This document shows, one piece after another, positions 22,066 through 30,937 of a stretch of DNA of 64,000 nt (the first letter of the stretch is position 1; the number at the start of each line of letters is the position of its first letter). The position numbers were made by a program, and so were the translations under genes. The notes under the pieces were generated by a model, which was given only the letters and a program-made list of their open reading frames with translations, did not search any database and was not told the DNA's origin. This stretch comes from an uncultured Sulfurospirillum sp. (GTDB lineage Bacteria; Campylobacterota; Campylobacteria; Campylobacterales; QNZT01): positions 777 through 64,776 of the forward strand of contig CAZNIT010000047.1 in NCBI GenBank assembly GCA_964573205.1, read 5' to 3'.

Positions 22066-23925
22066 ATGAGGAAAATTACAAAAATCTTCCTTTTGGCATC
22101 TATGCCCATCATGTGTTATGCTCAGCAGGACATGAATAAACTATTAAGCCTATATAAATCACAAGCGGAACTCTCCAGCATCACCAAAAGTGAATCAGCC
22201 GGTTTTGTCGATATATATACCAGAGAAGATATAGAGAAGATGCAAGCGCATACACTATCGGACATATTGAAACTGTTTACTATTCCAAACGTCTCACGAA
22301 CGGCTACGAATATAACCTTTTATACAAAACCTTCAAACAAAAGCATGCCTCAATACAGCATACGCCTATATATAAACGATCATGATTTTTCTACAAGTTC
22401 TTACGGAAGTGATGCCGTTTTATGGAGCGGTATGACTCTTGACAATATAGACCACATAGTTGTATATAAAAGTACTTCTTCCGTCGAGTTCGGGAACGAA
22501 CCCTCCACGGTCGTTATAAAACTATATACCAAAAAAGCGGAAAAAGAGGAAGGCGGGAAGATAAAACTCTCGGCGGATCAAAAAGGAAGCTATCGTGCAA
22601 GCAGCTACTTCGCACACACTACGATGAATAATTTTTCGTACTTTTTTTATGTTAATAAAAACGATATAAACGCAAAAAAATATTATAACGAAGGATACGA
22701 ACTAAATAGCGATACGGATAGTAAAAATCTTTATGCCAACTTCTTTTATAACAACTGGAGATTTGAAGTCGGACACTACAGCCAAAATTCGGGAAGTTTT
22801 CTCGGACTTGGCGAAAAGGCCAAACCTTATGGAAACGGACTCTATGCAAAACATAACTTTTGGCATATAACGAAAAAACTTGATAACGACATAAAACTTC
22901 AACTCTCGTACGATTGTACGACATACAACCTTCAAAATAGAGACGACAGCGGAATTTACGCCGGCTCGGCAGGTTCGGTGTCAAACTACGATCTCGCATA
23001 TGACGATACGGTAGCCTCGGCGATAGCGGAGAAGATTTTTAAGACGAAAAAAAATAAACTTTTATTGGGTGCTTTCGTCAAAATCAAAGATTCAAAAACT
23101 AACGGAGCATTTGACTCGACTAAGACAAGTTATAAAAACAGGCTCAATCTCTATTCGTTATATGCAGAAAACAGTTACAGCTTCAACTATACGACTATGT
23201 TCGTAGCGTCTCTTAAAGGCGACTTTTATCGATACGACAAAGTAGTAAAATCTCAAGACGAATATATAGCTAGAGTTGGAATTATCAAGAATATCGATAA
23301 ATTTCAACTTAAAGCGTTTTATACCAAAACATATTATACCGTCCCTATGACTTATCTATATAGTACGAACGATACGCCCTATATAACAAATCCCGATCTA
23401 AACTATACGAAGCCGACACTCGTCACTCTGGGGGTTCGATATAAAAACGACAAGCATGAAATCGACGCTAGAGCGGCATTTATAAGTGTTACCGACAAAC
23501 TTATATATAAAAGCGAAGGTTTTAAAAGTATGTCGAAAAGTTATGATCAATACGAAGTGAAATATACATACAAAATAGATCATGCAAACAAAATTAGTTT
23601 TGATCTATATACGGGTAAAAATTCACTAGGTCTTGAATTCAGCCCGAAAAACGGCGGTGATATAGTCGCCTTTAACAGATTCGGAAAATTCGACCTTTTC
23701 AATCAATTAAGCTATAAAAGAGCGTACAGCGCTTTTGGAGTGGATGTCAAAAGTTCATACGACTACAACTTCGCACTCAAATATCATGTAAATCCCGATT
23801 TTGCCGTCGGCATCAAGGGAGAAAATATCTTTAACAGAGGTTTTGAGCAAGCCTATAAAAGTTTAGGCGATTCTATACCGGTTTATGATAGAAAATTTTG
23901 GGTGAATATGGAGTATCTGTTTTGA
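22066..23925 (+). CDS. TonB-dependent receptor-like outer-membrane protein (plug plus barrel)
   Basis: Signal peptide; plug IYTREDIEKM..HTLSDILK...LYINDH...IDHIVVYK; beta-rich body; C-terminal Phe (MEYLF). Confidence 0.8.
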   Translation: MRKITKIFLLASMPIMCYAQQDMNKLLSLYKSQAELSSITKSESAGFVDIYTREDIEKMQAHTLSDILKLFTIPNVSRTATNITFYTKPSNKSMPQYSIRLYINDHDFSTSSYGSDAVLWSGMTLDNIDHIVVYKSTSSVEFGNEPSTVVIKLYTKKAEKEEGGKIKLSADQKGSYRASSYFAHTTMNNFSYFFYVNKNDINAKKYYNEGYELNSDTDSKNLYANFFYNNWRFEVGHYSQNSGSFLGLGEKAKPYGNGLYAKHNFWHITKKLDNDIKLQLSYDCTTYNLQNRDDSGIYAGSAGSVSNYDLAYDDTVASAIAEKIFKTKKNKLLLGAFVKIKDSKTNGAFDSTKTSYKNRLNLYSLYAENSYSFNYTTMFVASLKGDFYRYDKVVKSQDEYIARVGIIKNIDKFQLKAFYTKTYYTVPMTYLYSTNDTPYITNPDLNYTKPTLVTLGVRYKNDKHEIDARAAFISVTDKLIYKSEGFKSMSKSYDQYEVKYTYKIDHANKISFDLYTGKNSLGLEFSPKNGGDIVAFNRFGKFDLFNQLSYKRAYSAFGVDVKSSYDYNFALKYHVNPDFAVGIKGENIFNRGFEQAYKSLGDSIPVYDRKFWVNMEYLF

Positions 23926-24347
23926 AAAAGATTATATTTTTATTACTGGCATTGACGATAATGTCATGGTCATCGGCATTACAGACTCAAAGAGAAATTT
24001 ACAAGACTATTTTAGGTGCGATATTTCCAAATAAGCACACCATCTATATTTGGCTTGACGATCCGAATAAAAGAGATATATTTTCAGATATAAAAAATAT
24101 AAAGATAGTCACAAATAGAGAAAATGCGGATATTTTGATCGTATATCACACTTTCGATATAAATGCGACGGATAAAAAGATTTTTGCCGACGGATATCTG
24201 GTGTTTAAACACTATAAAGAGAAGATCATAGGAGGCTTTTATTGGCAAAAAGGAAGACCTAATCTTGTCTTTATACGAAAAAATCTTGAAGATTTCAACA
24301 TATCGCTACCTAAAAATCTCAAAGAGTTTATAGAGGATAACTTTTGA
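23922..24347 (+). CDS. Periplasmic YfiR/DUF4154-like protein
   Basis: TTG start overlaps the receptor stop (TTGA, SD GGAG); signal peptide; ADILIV and IGGFYWQKGRPNLVFIRKNL...ISLP recall the YfiR C-terminus. Confidence 0.5.
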   Translation: MKKIIFLLLALTIMSWSSALQTQREIYKTILGAIFPNKHTIYIWLDDPNKRDIFSDIKNIKIVTNRENADILIVYHTFDINATDKKIFADGYLVFKHYKEKIIGGFYWQKGRPNLVFIRKNLEDFNISLPKNLKEFIEDNF

Positions 24348-26242
24348 ATTCAATCAACAGGTTGTATATCGTTTTAATCTTGACCATTTTTATCTCGATA
24401 CTCTATCTTTATCATTCTGTATCAGATATTCATGATAAAATGGTCAACAATATCGAAAAAATCTTTATCCTCAAAGCCGGACAATTCGCGAAAAACATAG
24501 ATGAAGAGATAAAAAACCATATAGATAAAGATCTATATAAAACCTTAAAAGAAAATCCGGGATTAAGAGAGGTGCTTGAGCATACTTTTTCGGTAGTGAT
24601 CACCCCTTCGTTTAAATATATATATGTTTTATATAAAGACTCCAACGGAAAATATCGTTATCTTCTTGACGGCAGTAAAGAGGATAAAGGAGAATTCAAC
24701 CAAAAACTAAACGTCAATGAAGAGAAGTGGGATCAAGCGTACAATACGCTAAAACCTCAAATAATACTTCAAAAAAATATTGACGGTCTATGGATTACAT
24801 ACCTAAAACCGATAATTTACGATAACCGTGTCGAAGGTGTAATCGCCATAGATTTTTCGACGAATCTCTCCATTTACATCAGTAAACTCATAGCTCCTAT
24901 TCAAAATGTATTTTTATATATTTTCGCGGCTATCGTAGTACTTCTTTCCGTACTTCTATATCAGGTGATCCTAAACATAAAAACGAAAAAAGAGAGTATT
25001 ACCGACTCTTTAACCCAAGTTTACAACCGTACATTTTTAAGAGATTTTCTAAAAAAAATACATCCCGAAAAATATCAGATAGCGATGCTGGATATCGATT
25101 TTTTCAAAAAGATCAACGACAACTACGGTCATAAAGCGGGAGACTATATACTAAGCGAAGTGGCTATCATTCTTAAAAAGATCGTACGCGAAAAAGATAT
25201 AATCATAAGATTCGGAGGCGAGGAGTTTTTGATATTTTTTTATAAACTTCCAAACGATGAGGATATAGCGGCTTCCATTTCACACAGAATAAGAGAAGAA
25301 CTCGAAAACAGCAAATTCGTATATGACGATACATCCATCAAAGTTACGACTTCAATCGGCGTAATGCTTCATCCCCAAAGATGCAAAAGCGTCTCCGACG
25401 CTATAAAAAAGGCCGACCAGCTGCTATACATAGCGAAAAAAGAGGGAAGAAACAAAGTCGTACTCGAATATGACGCCATTAAAGCCATCTCAACCGAAAC
25501 AAACTCCATATATGAAGTGAAAGAGGCGCTTGACGACAACAGAATCATCTGTCACTATCAACCTATAATAAATCTGGACAGTTGTGAAGTCGTAAAATAC
25601 GAAGCGCTCGTTCGCATGGTTTCAAAAGATGGAACGATAATCTATCCGAATAATTTTCTCGATGCCATCAGCGGTACGAATGTCTATAACGACCTGACGA
25701 AAAGAGTGATCGATATCGCATTCGAGACGATTAAAAAAGAGAAAGTTTCACTTAGCATAAACCTAAATTTATCTGATATCCTAAACAACATGATCTATAA
25801 AATCGTTATAGATGAGATAGTTCAAAACAAAGAGGTCGCAAAATGGCTGACGATCGAACTGTTGGAATATGAACAACTAAATACCGATATTTTGAAACAA
25901 AGACTATATGAAATTAAATCATACGGCATTAAAATAGCTTTGGATGATTTTGGAAGCGGTTATTCCAACTTCGCTATCTTTCAAAGTTATCCTATCGACA
26001 TACTTAAAATAGACGGTTCGCTCATAAAAGAGATAGATAGTTCGAAAGTATCATACACTATCATAGAGTCGATTGCGCTTTTTAGCAGAAAACTGGAGAT
26101 AGAAACCGTGGCGGAGTTTATCCATAACGATAAAGTTCTAAAAATCATTAAAGATCTTGGCATCAGCTACGGACAGGGGTTTTATATAGGAGAGCCGGTT
26201 GAAAAAATCGTAGAGCGAAAAAATGAGACGATAGACGCCTAA
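24344..26242 (+). CDS. Membrane-bound GGDEF-EAL c-di-GMP enzyme with a periplasmic sensor domain
   Basis: Two TM helices; DIDFFKKINDNYGH, RxxD (REKD) plus GGEEF, EALVR, DDFGSGYS and GQGFY. Confidence 0.93.
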   Translation: MNSINRLYIVLILTIFISILYLYHSVSDIHDKMVNNIEKIFILKAGQFAKNIDEEIKNHIDKDLYKTLKENPGLREVLEHTFSVVITPSFKYIYVLYKDSNGKYRYLLDGSKEDKGEFNQKLNVNEEKWDQAYNTLKPQIILQKNIDGLWITYLKPIIYDNRVEGVIAIDFSTNLSIYISKLIAPIQNVFLYIFAAIVVLLSVLLYQVILNIKTKKESITDSLTQVYNRTFLRDFLKKIHPEKYQIAMLDIDFFKKINDNYGHKAGDYILSEVAIILKKIVREKDIIIRFGGEEFLIFFYKLPNDEDIAASISHRIREELENSKFVYDDTSIKVTTSIGVMLHPQRCKSVSDAIKKADQLLYIAKKEGRNKVVLEYDAIKAISTETNSIYEVKEALDDNRIICHYQPIINLDSCEVVKYEALVRMVSKDGTIIYPNNFLDAISGTNVYNDLTKRVIDIAFETIKKEKVSLSINLNLSDILNNMIYKIVIDEIVQNKEVAKWLTIELLEYEQLNTDILKQRLYEIKSYGIKIALDDFGSGYSNFAIFQSYPIDILKIDGSLIKEIDSSKVSYTIIESIALFSRKLEIETVAEFIHNDKVLKIIKDLGISYGQGFYIGEPVEKIVERKNETIDA

Positions 26243-26291
26243 AAGATCTAAAATCTACTTTCTACAAGCAAACTTTGCTAAAATATCTATT

Positions 26292-27038
26292 ATGAACAAT
26301 TCAGAAAGTTTACTCAATCCACCATCGACGGATTTTTGCATGCTCGATTACGAATGTGCCTATCTGCCTGAAAAAAAGGTTCGTATGCACTACAAATATG
26401 TCACGAAATCCTCCAAGACATTCAACACGGCCGTAGTGCAAAGAGGTTGGCGAAGATTCGGAAGATACTATTTTCATCCTATATGTAAAGATTGTAACGA
26501 ATGCAAAAGCTTGCGAATCGATGTAAATAGTTTTAAACTTTCAAGATCGCAAAAGAGATCGCAAAAGAGAAACAAGGATACCCGCATAGTCATACAAAAG
26601 CCTTCCATGACAAAAATGCATATAGATCTATACAACAAATATCATGATTTTAAGTCACAAAAAGACGGTTGGAAACAAAAAGGTATCAGTTATCATGATT
26701 ATAGAGAAAATTTCGTACATGGAGCGTATGATTTCGGAAAAGAGGTGCTTTACATAAGAGATGAAAAACTCATAGGAGTTGACTTGATCGACATAGTCGA
26801 TGACGGAATTAGCGCGATATATTTTTACTATGATCCTGATTATTCCAAGCTCTCTCTTGGAACTTTTTCGCTTCTTTATCAGATAGAACTTGCCAAAATA
26901 TTAAATCTTAAATGGATATATCTTGGCTATTGGGTTGATGGCTGCAAAGCGTTCGCTTATAAAAAAGCGTTCACTCCGCAGCAAATACTAGAAGGTTTCC
27001 CCTCACAATACGAACCGTATGAGTGGCAAGATATCTAA
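26292..27038 (+). CDS. Ate/Bpt-family aminoacyl-tRNA-protein transferase
   Basis: CAYLP, GWRRFG, CNECKSLRI, YFYYDPDYSKLSLGTFSLL and YLGYWV. Confidence 0.9.
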   Translation: MNNSESLLNPPSTDFCMLDYECAYLPEKKVRMHYKYVTKSSKTFNTAVVQRGWRRFGRYYFHPICKDCNECKSLRIDVNSFKLSRSQKRSQKRNKDTRIVIQKPSMTKMHIDLYNKYHDFKSQKDGWKQKGISYHDYRENFVHGAYDFGKEVLYIRDEKLIGVDLIDIVDDGISAIYFYYDPDYSKLSLGTFSLLYQIELAKILNLKWIYLGYWVDGCKAFAYKKAFTPQQILEGFPSQYEPYEWQDI

Positions 27039-27484
27039 CGATAGATAGATATATCTATATCGGTTTTTAAAACTTTCGCCGGAATTCCGCCTACTATGGT
27101 ATTGTCGGGAACATCTTTTAAAACTACCGCATTTGCACCTATGACGCAATTTTTACCAATTTTAACGGGTCCTAATATCTTTGCGCCCGGAGCTATGACG
27201 GTATTGTCTCCGATAACAGGTACTTCGTAAATTTTTGATGTTCCGCCGATGGTAACGCCGGCTCCGACCATGACATTTTCTCCCAAAACGGCTCGATCAT
27301 GAATGACGACGCCTATTCCTCCGTATCCAAGAACCGTACCCTTTCCGAGTTTCGCACCGAGCGTTATTTGACAACCGAACAACAATCTGACAAACACTAT
27401 GTTTATCAACTTCGGTAAAATGGGAATTTTTAGATCGTGCAGAAAAAGTGCGAAATAGTAAATATAAACTACAACTTTACTCAC
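27035..27484 (-). CDS. Hexapeptide-repeat O-acetyltransferase (CysE/WcaB-like, short form)
   Basis: GIGVVIH, GVTIGG, PVIGDN, GAKILGPVKIG and IGANAVVLKDVP; no CysE N-terminal helical domain. Confidence 0.85.
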   Translation of the reverse strand: MSKVVVYIYYFALFLHDLKIPILPKLINIVFVRLLFGCQITLGAKLGKGTVLGYGGIGVVIHDRAVLGENVMVGAGVTIGGTSKIYEVPVIGDNTVIAPGAKILGPVKIGKNCVIGANAVVLKDVPDNTIVGGIPAKVLKTDIDISIYR

Positions 27485-27546
27485 TGTTTTATCCTTTATA
27501 TGATGTTAATAACAAGTAGATCGACACATACTTGCTTGTCTTGACC

Positions 27547-28347
27547 CTACCATCCGAGCACAAGAAAGAAAGAGGAGAGAAAATAATCCATTACAAACAC
27601 GGTTATAGAACCCAGAACAACCGCATTTGTCGTAGCCTGCCCTACTCCCCTTGCCCCTCCGCCGGCGGTATAGCCTATATATGTACCGATAGAACCCACT
27701 AAAAAACCGAAAATAAAACCTTTTATCACACCGGTAAAAATATCACTTAGATCTAAATACATATTTATAGTATTGATAAACTCGGTTTTGTTCACACCCA
27801 ATGCATGAACTGAAATCATATAGGCGCTCAAAGCTCCTAAAAAATCAAAAATTATTATAAGAATAGGTAAGGATACGGTTGTGGCTATGACGCGTGGAAT
27901 AATCAAATACTTTTTTGAATCAACAGCCAAAGTATCAAGAGCATCTATCTGCTCGGTCACACGCATAGTACCAAGTTCGGCCGCCATAGCGCTTATGGCG
28001 CGAGAAGTGAGCATCAAACCCGCAAATACCGGTCCAAGCTCTCTAAAAATCGATATGAAGATAGGATATCCCATCAAGTTTTCCGCACCAAACTCATGAA
28101 AGCCCTGATAAAGTTGAACGGCTTCAACCATGCCGGTAAATGTTCCGGTAAGAAAGATAACGCCTATCGATCCGATACCGACTATCTGTATCTGCTTAAA
28201 AGTCTCTTTTAAACGATACGGTTTTTTTATATATAACGGTAAGAGATTAAGCTGAAAAAGCACAAAGGTGCCAAGTCCATTAAATGAATTTATAAACCAG
28301 AGAAAAATTTTGCCGATATATGCAAAAAAATTTTCAATATATGACAT
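27547..28347 (-). CDS. mlaE: MlaE-family ABC permease
   Basis: RELGPVFAGL, AAELGTMRVTEQIDAL and GGARGVGQATT. Confidence 0.92.
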   Translation of the reverse strand: MSYIENFFAYIGKIFLWFINSFNGLGTFVLFQLNLLPLYIKKPYRLKETFKQIQIVGIGSIGVIFLTGTFTGMVEAVQLYQGFHEFGAENLMGYPIFISIFRELGPVFAGLMLTSRAISAMAAELGTMRVTEQIDALDTLAVDSKKYLIIPRVIATTVSLPILIIIFDFLGALSAYMISVHALGVNKTEFINTINMYLDLSDIFTGVIKGFIFGFLVGSIGTYIGYTAGGGARGVGQATTNAVVLGSITVFVMDYFLSSFFLVLGW

Positions 28348-28495
28348 TTATTGATATACCTTTGTGCTTTTTACCCAAAATGGAAATATTATATAACTTT
28401 GTGAAAAAAAACTAAACTTTTTTTGGATATGTACGATATTGCTTATAACAAAAAACTCTTATCTGTCAAAGATAATAACAAAAGAAAGGATAATC

Positions 28496-29062
28496 ATGGC
28501 TGAAGCAACCGAAAATGCAGAAGTGGCGGTAGAACAAAAAAAGAGCGGCGGATCAAATCTGTTATTGATAATAATAGCGGTTATGCTCTCTCTCATATTA
28601 ATAGGAGGCGGGATCGGGGCTTATTTGCTCCTTAGTGAAGATGAGGCGGTACTAAATGATGCAAGTAACGCGCAACAGACACAGATGACCGCACAAGCGG
28701 CAACTACGGTACAACCGACGGTGTCCGACAGATCGCAAAGAAAAACGGACTATACGAATATCGGACCTATGTATCCGCTGGATCCGTTTATAGTAAATCT
28801 ATTTAGTGAAGACGGAAGCAGGTATCTTAAAACCTCGATAAATCTCGAACTGGGAATGCAAGAGCTTGCAACCGAGCTGGACGCGAAAAAACCTCTGATA
28901 AGAGATATCATCATCAAAGCTCTCTCAGCAAAATCATATGAGGAAATCAGTACCATTGCCGGAAAAGAGAACCTCAAAGACGAGATAGTGGCTAATGTCA
29001 ACGGAGTGCTTAAAGATGGTAAGATCAACAATGTATTTTTCACGGATTTTGTAATTCAGTAA
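28496..29062 (+). CDS. fliL: Flagellar basal-body protein FliL
   Basis: N-terminal TM; LDPFIVNL, RYLK, IRDIIIKALS, GKENLKDEI and VFFTDFVIQ. Confidence 0.93.
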   Translation: MAEATENAEVAVEQKKSGGSNLLLIIIAVMLSLILIGGGIGAYLLLSEDEAVLNDASNAQQTQMTAQAATTVQPTVSDRSQRKTDYTNIGPMYPLDPFIVNLFSEDGSRYLKTSINLELGMQELATELDAKKPLIRDIIIKALSAKSYEEISTIAGKENLKDEIVANVNGVLKDGKINNVFFTDFVIQ

Positions 29063-29442
29063 TGATAGGCATAGATATCGTTGAAATAAAAAGGATGGAA
29101 AGACTTTTGCAAAAAGATTCAAAAAGCGCGCTTAGGCGCTTTTTGAGTGATGAAGAGATCGCTCTATCGAAATCTTCCGCCCAAACCGTAGCCGGTTTTT
29201 ACGCCGCGAAAGAAGCCGTCGCCAAAGCTTTAGGATGCGGAATCGGTAAAAAATGCGCCTTTTTGAGCATAAAGATACATAAAGATGAAAACAATGCCCC
29301 CTATTTTACTCTCGATAAAACTCTCATAGAAGAGTTTTGTATCAAAGAGAGCTCACTCTCGATAACTCATGACGGTGGTTTCGCGATAGCGGTGGTATAT
29401 CTTCTTAGTGACAAAACCGTTTTCAAAAAATTACACCACTAA
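29062..29442 (+). CDS. acpS: Holo-ACP synthase
   Basis: IGIDIVEI, AGFYAAKEAVAKALG and SLSITHDGGFAIA. Confidence 0.95.
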   Translation: MIGIDIVEIKRMERLLQKDSKSALRRFLSDEEIALSKSSAQTVAGFYAAKEAVAKALGCGIGKKCAFLSIKIHKDENNAPYFTLDKTLIEEFCIKESSLSITHDGGFAIAVVYLLSDKTVFKKLHH

Positions 29443-29598
29443 AATGTAACGAAAATACACACCTTATTTTTTTAATATTTATTTATTTTCTCAAATAATC
29501 ATGAATATCTTTCATTAAAAACTTTAACTTTTTTTTAAATAAATACTCTACAGTTCAAAAATATTATCTTTTGAATTTTTATGACGATATATAAATAT

Positions 29599-29653
29599 CG
29601 GGGCAAGGTGAAGCTTTACAACGAAGATGAACTCTTAACCCCGTTCAAGGAGT
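29599..29653 (+). promoter_or_regulatory. Candidate structured 5' leader (three-way junction next to the SD)
   Basis: CGGGG/CCCCG outer stem enclosing two similar hairpins, AAGG-UGAAG-CUUU and AAGA-UGAAC-UCUU; SD AAGGAG follows directly. Confidence 0.35.
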
Positions 29654-29658
29654 AAAAT

Positions 29659-29805
29659 ATGTTTATAACCGTAGGTCTGTTTTTATCGGTAGTCGTGTTA
29701 CTGCTGATAGGATATATAGGAGAATTGCTAAGTTCGGCGGTCTCCAAGGAAGAGGTATATGAAGAGGAATTTCAGTGTGAAAATGTCGCGCCAAGCAGCG
29801 CATAA
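29659..29805 (+). CDS. Unannotated 48-aa single-TM protein MFITVGLFLSVVVLLLIGYIGELLSSAVSKEEVYEEEFQCENVAPSSA
   Basis: SD AAGGAG 6 nt before ATG; TM helix plus acidic tail. Confidence 0.7.
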   Translation: MFITVGLFLSVVVLLLIGYIGELLSSAVSKEEVYEEEFQCENVAPSSA

Positions 29806-29936
29806 AAAGAAGTATATATTATAATACGGAAATTTAGCAAATCCTTTTGTTAGTAAATATTTTTAATTATATATTAAGTTATATTCAATATACTTAATTT
29901 GTTAAAAGTTTGCATTATTGCAAGAAAGGATTTATT

Positions 29937-30119
29937 ATGAAAATTTTAACATATATTTCAACCATTTTACTTTTTGTGGCGACAAGTCTCATTTTGGTAA
30001 TAGGGATTGTAGCCGATTATATAAAAACTTACTTTCCAGCCGTGGTGAAGTTTGTTGCCAAAAGTAGAAACATCAAGTACAAAGCGAACAATCGAGTCGG
30101 ACATATATCTTTCACATAA
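29937..30119 (+). CDS. 60-aa single-TM protein with a basic tail
   Basis: SD AAGGA before ATG 29937; TM segment ILTYISTILLFVATSLILVIGIVA. Confidence 0.65.
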   Translation: MKILTYISTILLFVATSLILVIGIVADYIKTYFPAVVKFVAKSRNIKYKANNRVGHISFT

Positions 30120-30138
30120 CGAATTCAGGTAAAAAACT

Positions 30139-30178
30139 AAACTGCCGGATTAAGTTAACCTCTCTTGTCCGGCGGTTT
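30139..30178 (+). other. GC-rich hairpin with an 18-nt C/U-rich loop (terminator or sRNA element)
   Basis: AAACTGCCGGA-18 nt-TCCGGCGGTTT. Confidence 0.5.
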
Positions 30179-30222
30179 GCTCCATCTTTAAAATATCATC
30201 AAACTTTTATTTCTCTCAAAAA

Positions 30223-30885
30223 ATGACTATCTTAAAATTTTTAAAGACAACTTTAATCACTTCTCTTACTCTAACCATCTTTTACTTTATAATTTCACAT
30301 ATTTTACTTTTTTTCACTCCAAATACTAATTCATCGACACAAAACAGTAGATATGAAGTCTCTATTTTTCATGATAGAGCTCATACCGAGATAATTATAA
30401 AGACAAAAGATCTTATTCCGACATTAAAAACAAAGTTAAAGCCTTTTATTAAAAATCTTTCAGGCGGTTATCTTGCATTTAGCTATGGTGACCAATATTT
30501 TATGCTTCATACAAAAAGGTGGAAAGACCTAGGGTTTAAAACTGCATTAAAAGCTCTTTTAATAAATACCCCGGCCGTCATTAAAGTCGGTCATTACAAT
30601 GCAATCAAAAAAGATAGCTCGATCATAAAAATTCATATTTCAAAAAGTGTTCTTGAAAAACTACAAACCTATATATTAAACTCCTTTAAACGCAAAGATG
30701 ATGCGCTTATTGCATTAAACATTTCAGATAAAGAGAGATATCTCTATTATTTTCAAGCGAAAAAATCGTACAACCTTTTTTACACCTGCAATACATATAC
30801 GGGAAATATTTTAAGAAAAAGCGGCCTACCGGTCTCTTTGTGGACACCTCTGGCATATCAAGTAGTTTATCATTTTCCAAAGTAG
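30223..30885 (+). CDS. DUF2459-like protein
   Basis: HTEII, YLAFSYGD and YNLFYTCNTYTGNILRKSGL...WTP. Confidence 0.7.
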   Translation: MTILKFLKTTLITSLTLTIFYFIISHILLFFTPNTNSSTQNSRYEVSIFHDRAHTEIIIKTKDLIPTLKTKLKPFIKNLSGGYLAFSYGDQYFMLHTKRWKDLGFKTALKALLINTPAVIKVGHYNAIKKDSSIIKIHISKSVLEKLQTYILNSFKRKDDALIALNISDKERYLYYFQAKKSYNLFYTCNTYTGNILRKSGLPVSLWTPLAYQVVYHFPK

Positions 30886-30937
30886 TTAAGCAATTATTTA
30901 GTACCATAATTTAAAAACTAAAACGAGTGGAAAAAGA

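Noticed and set aside
28412-28445. Sigma-54 promoter for fliL (TGGA...TTGC)
   Set aside because: The GG-to-GC distance is 14 nt, not the required 10.
6402-29062. Isolated flagellar genes fliQ and fliL among housekeeping genes
   Set aside because: This scattering is normal in Campylobacterota.
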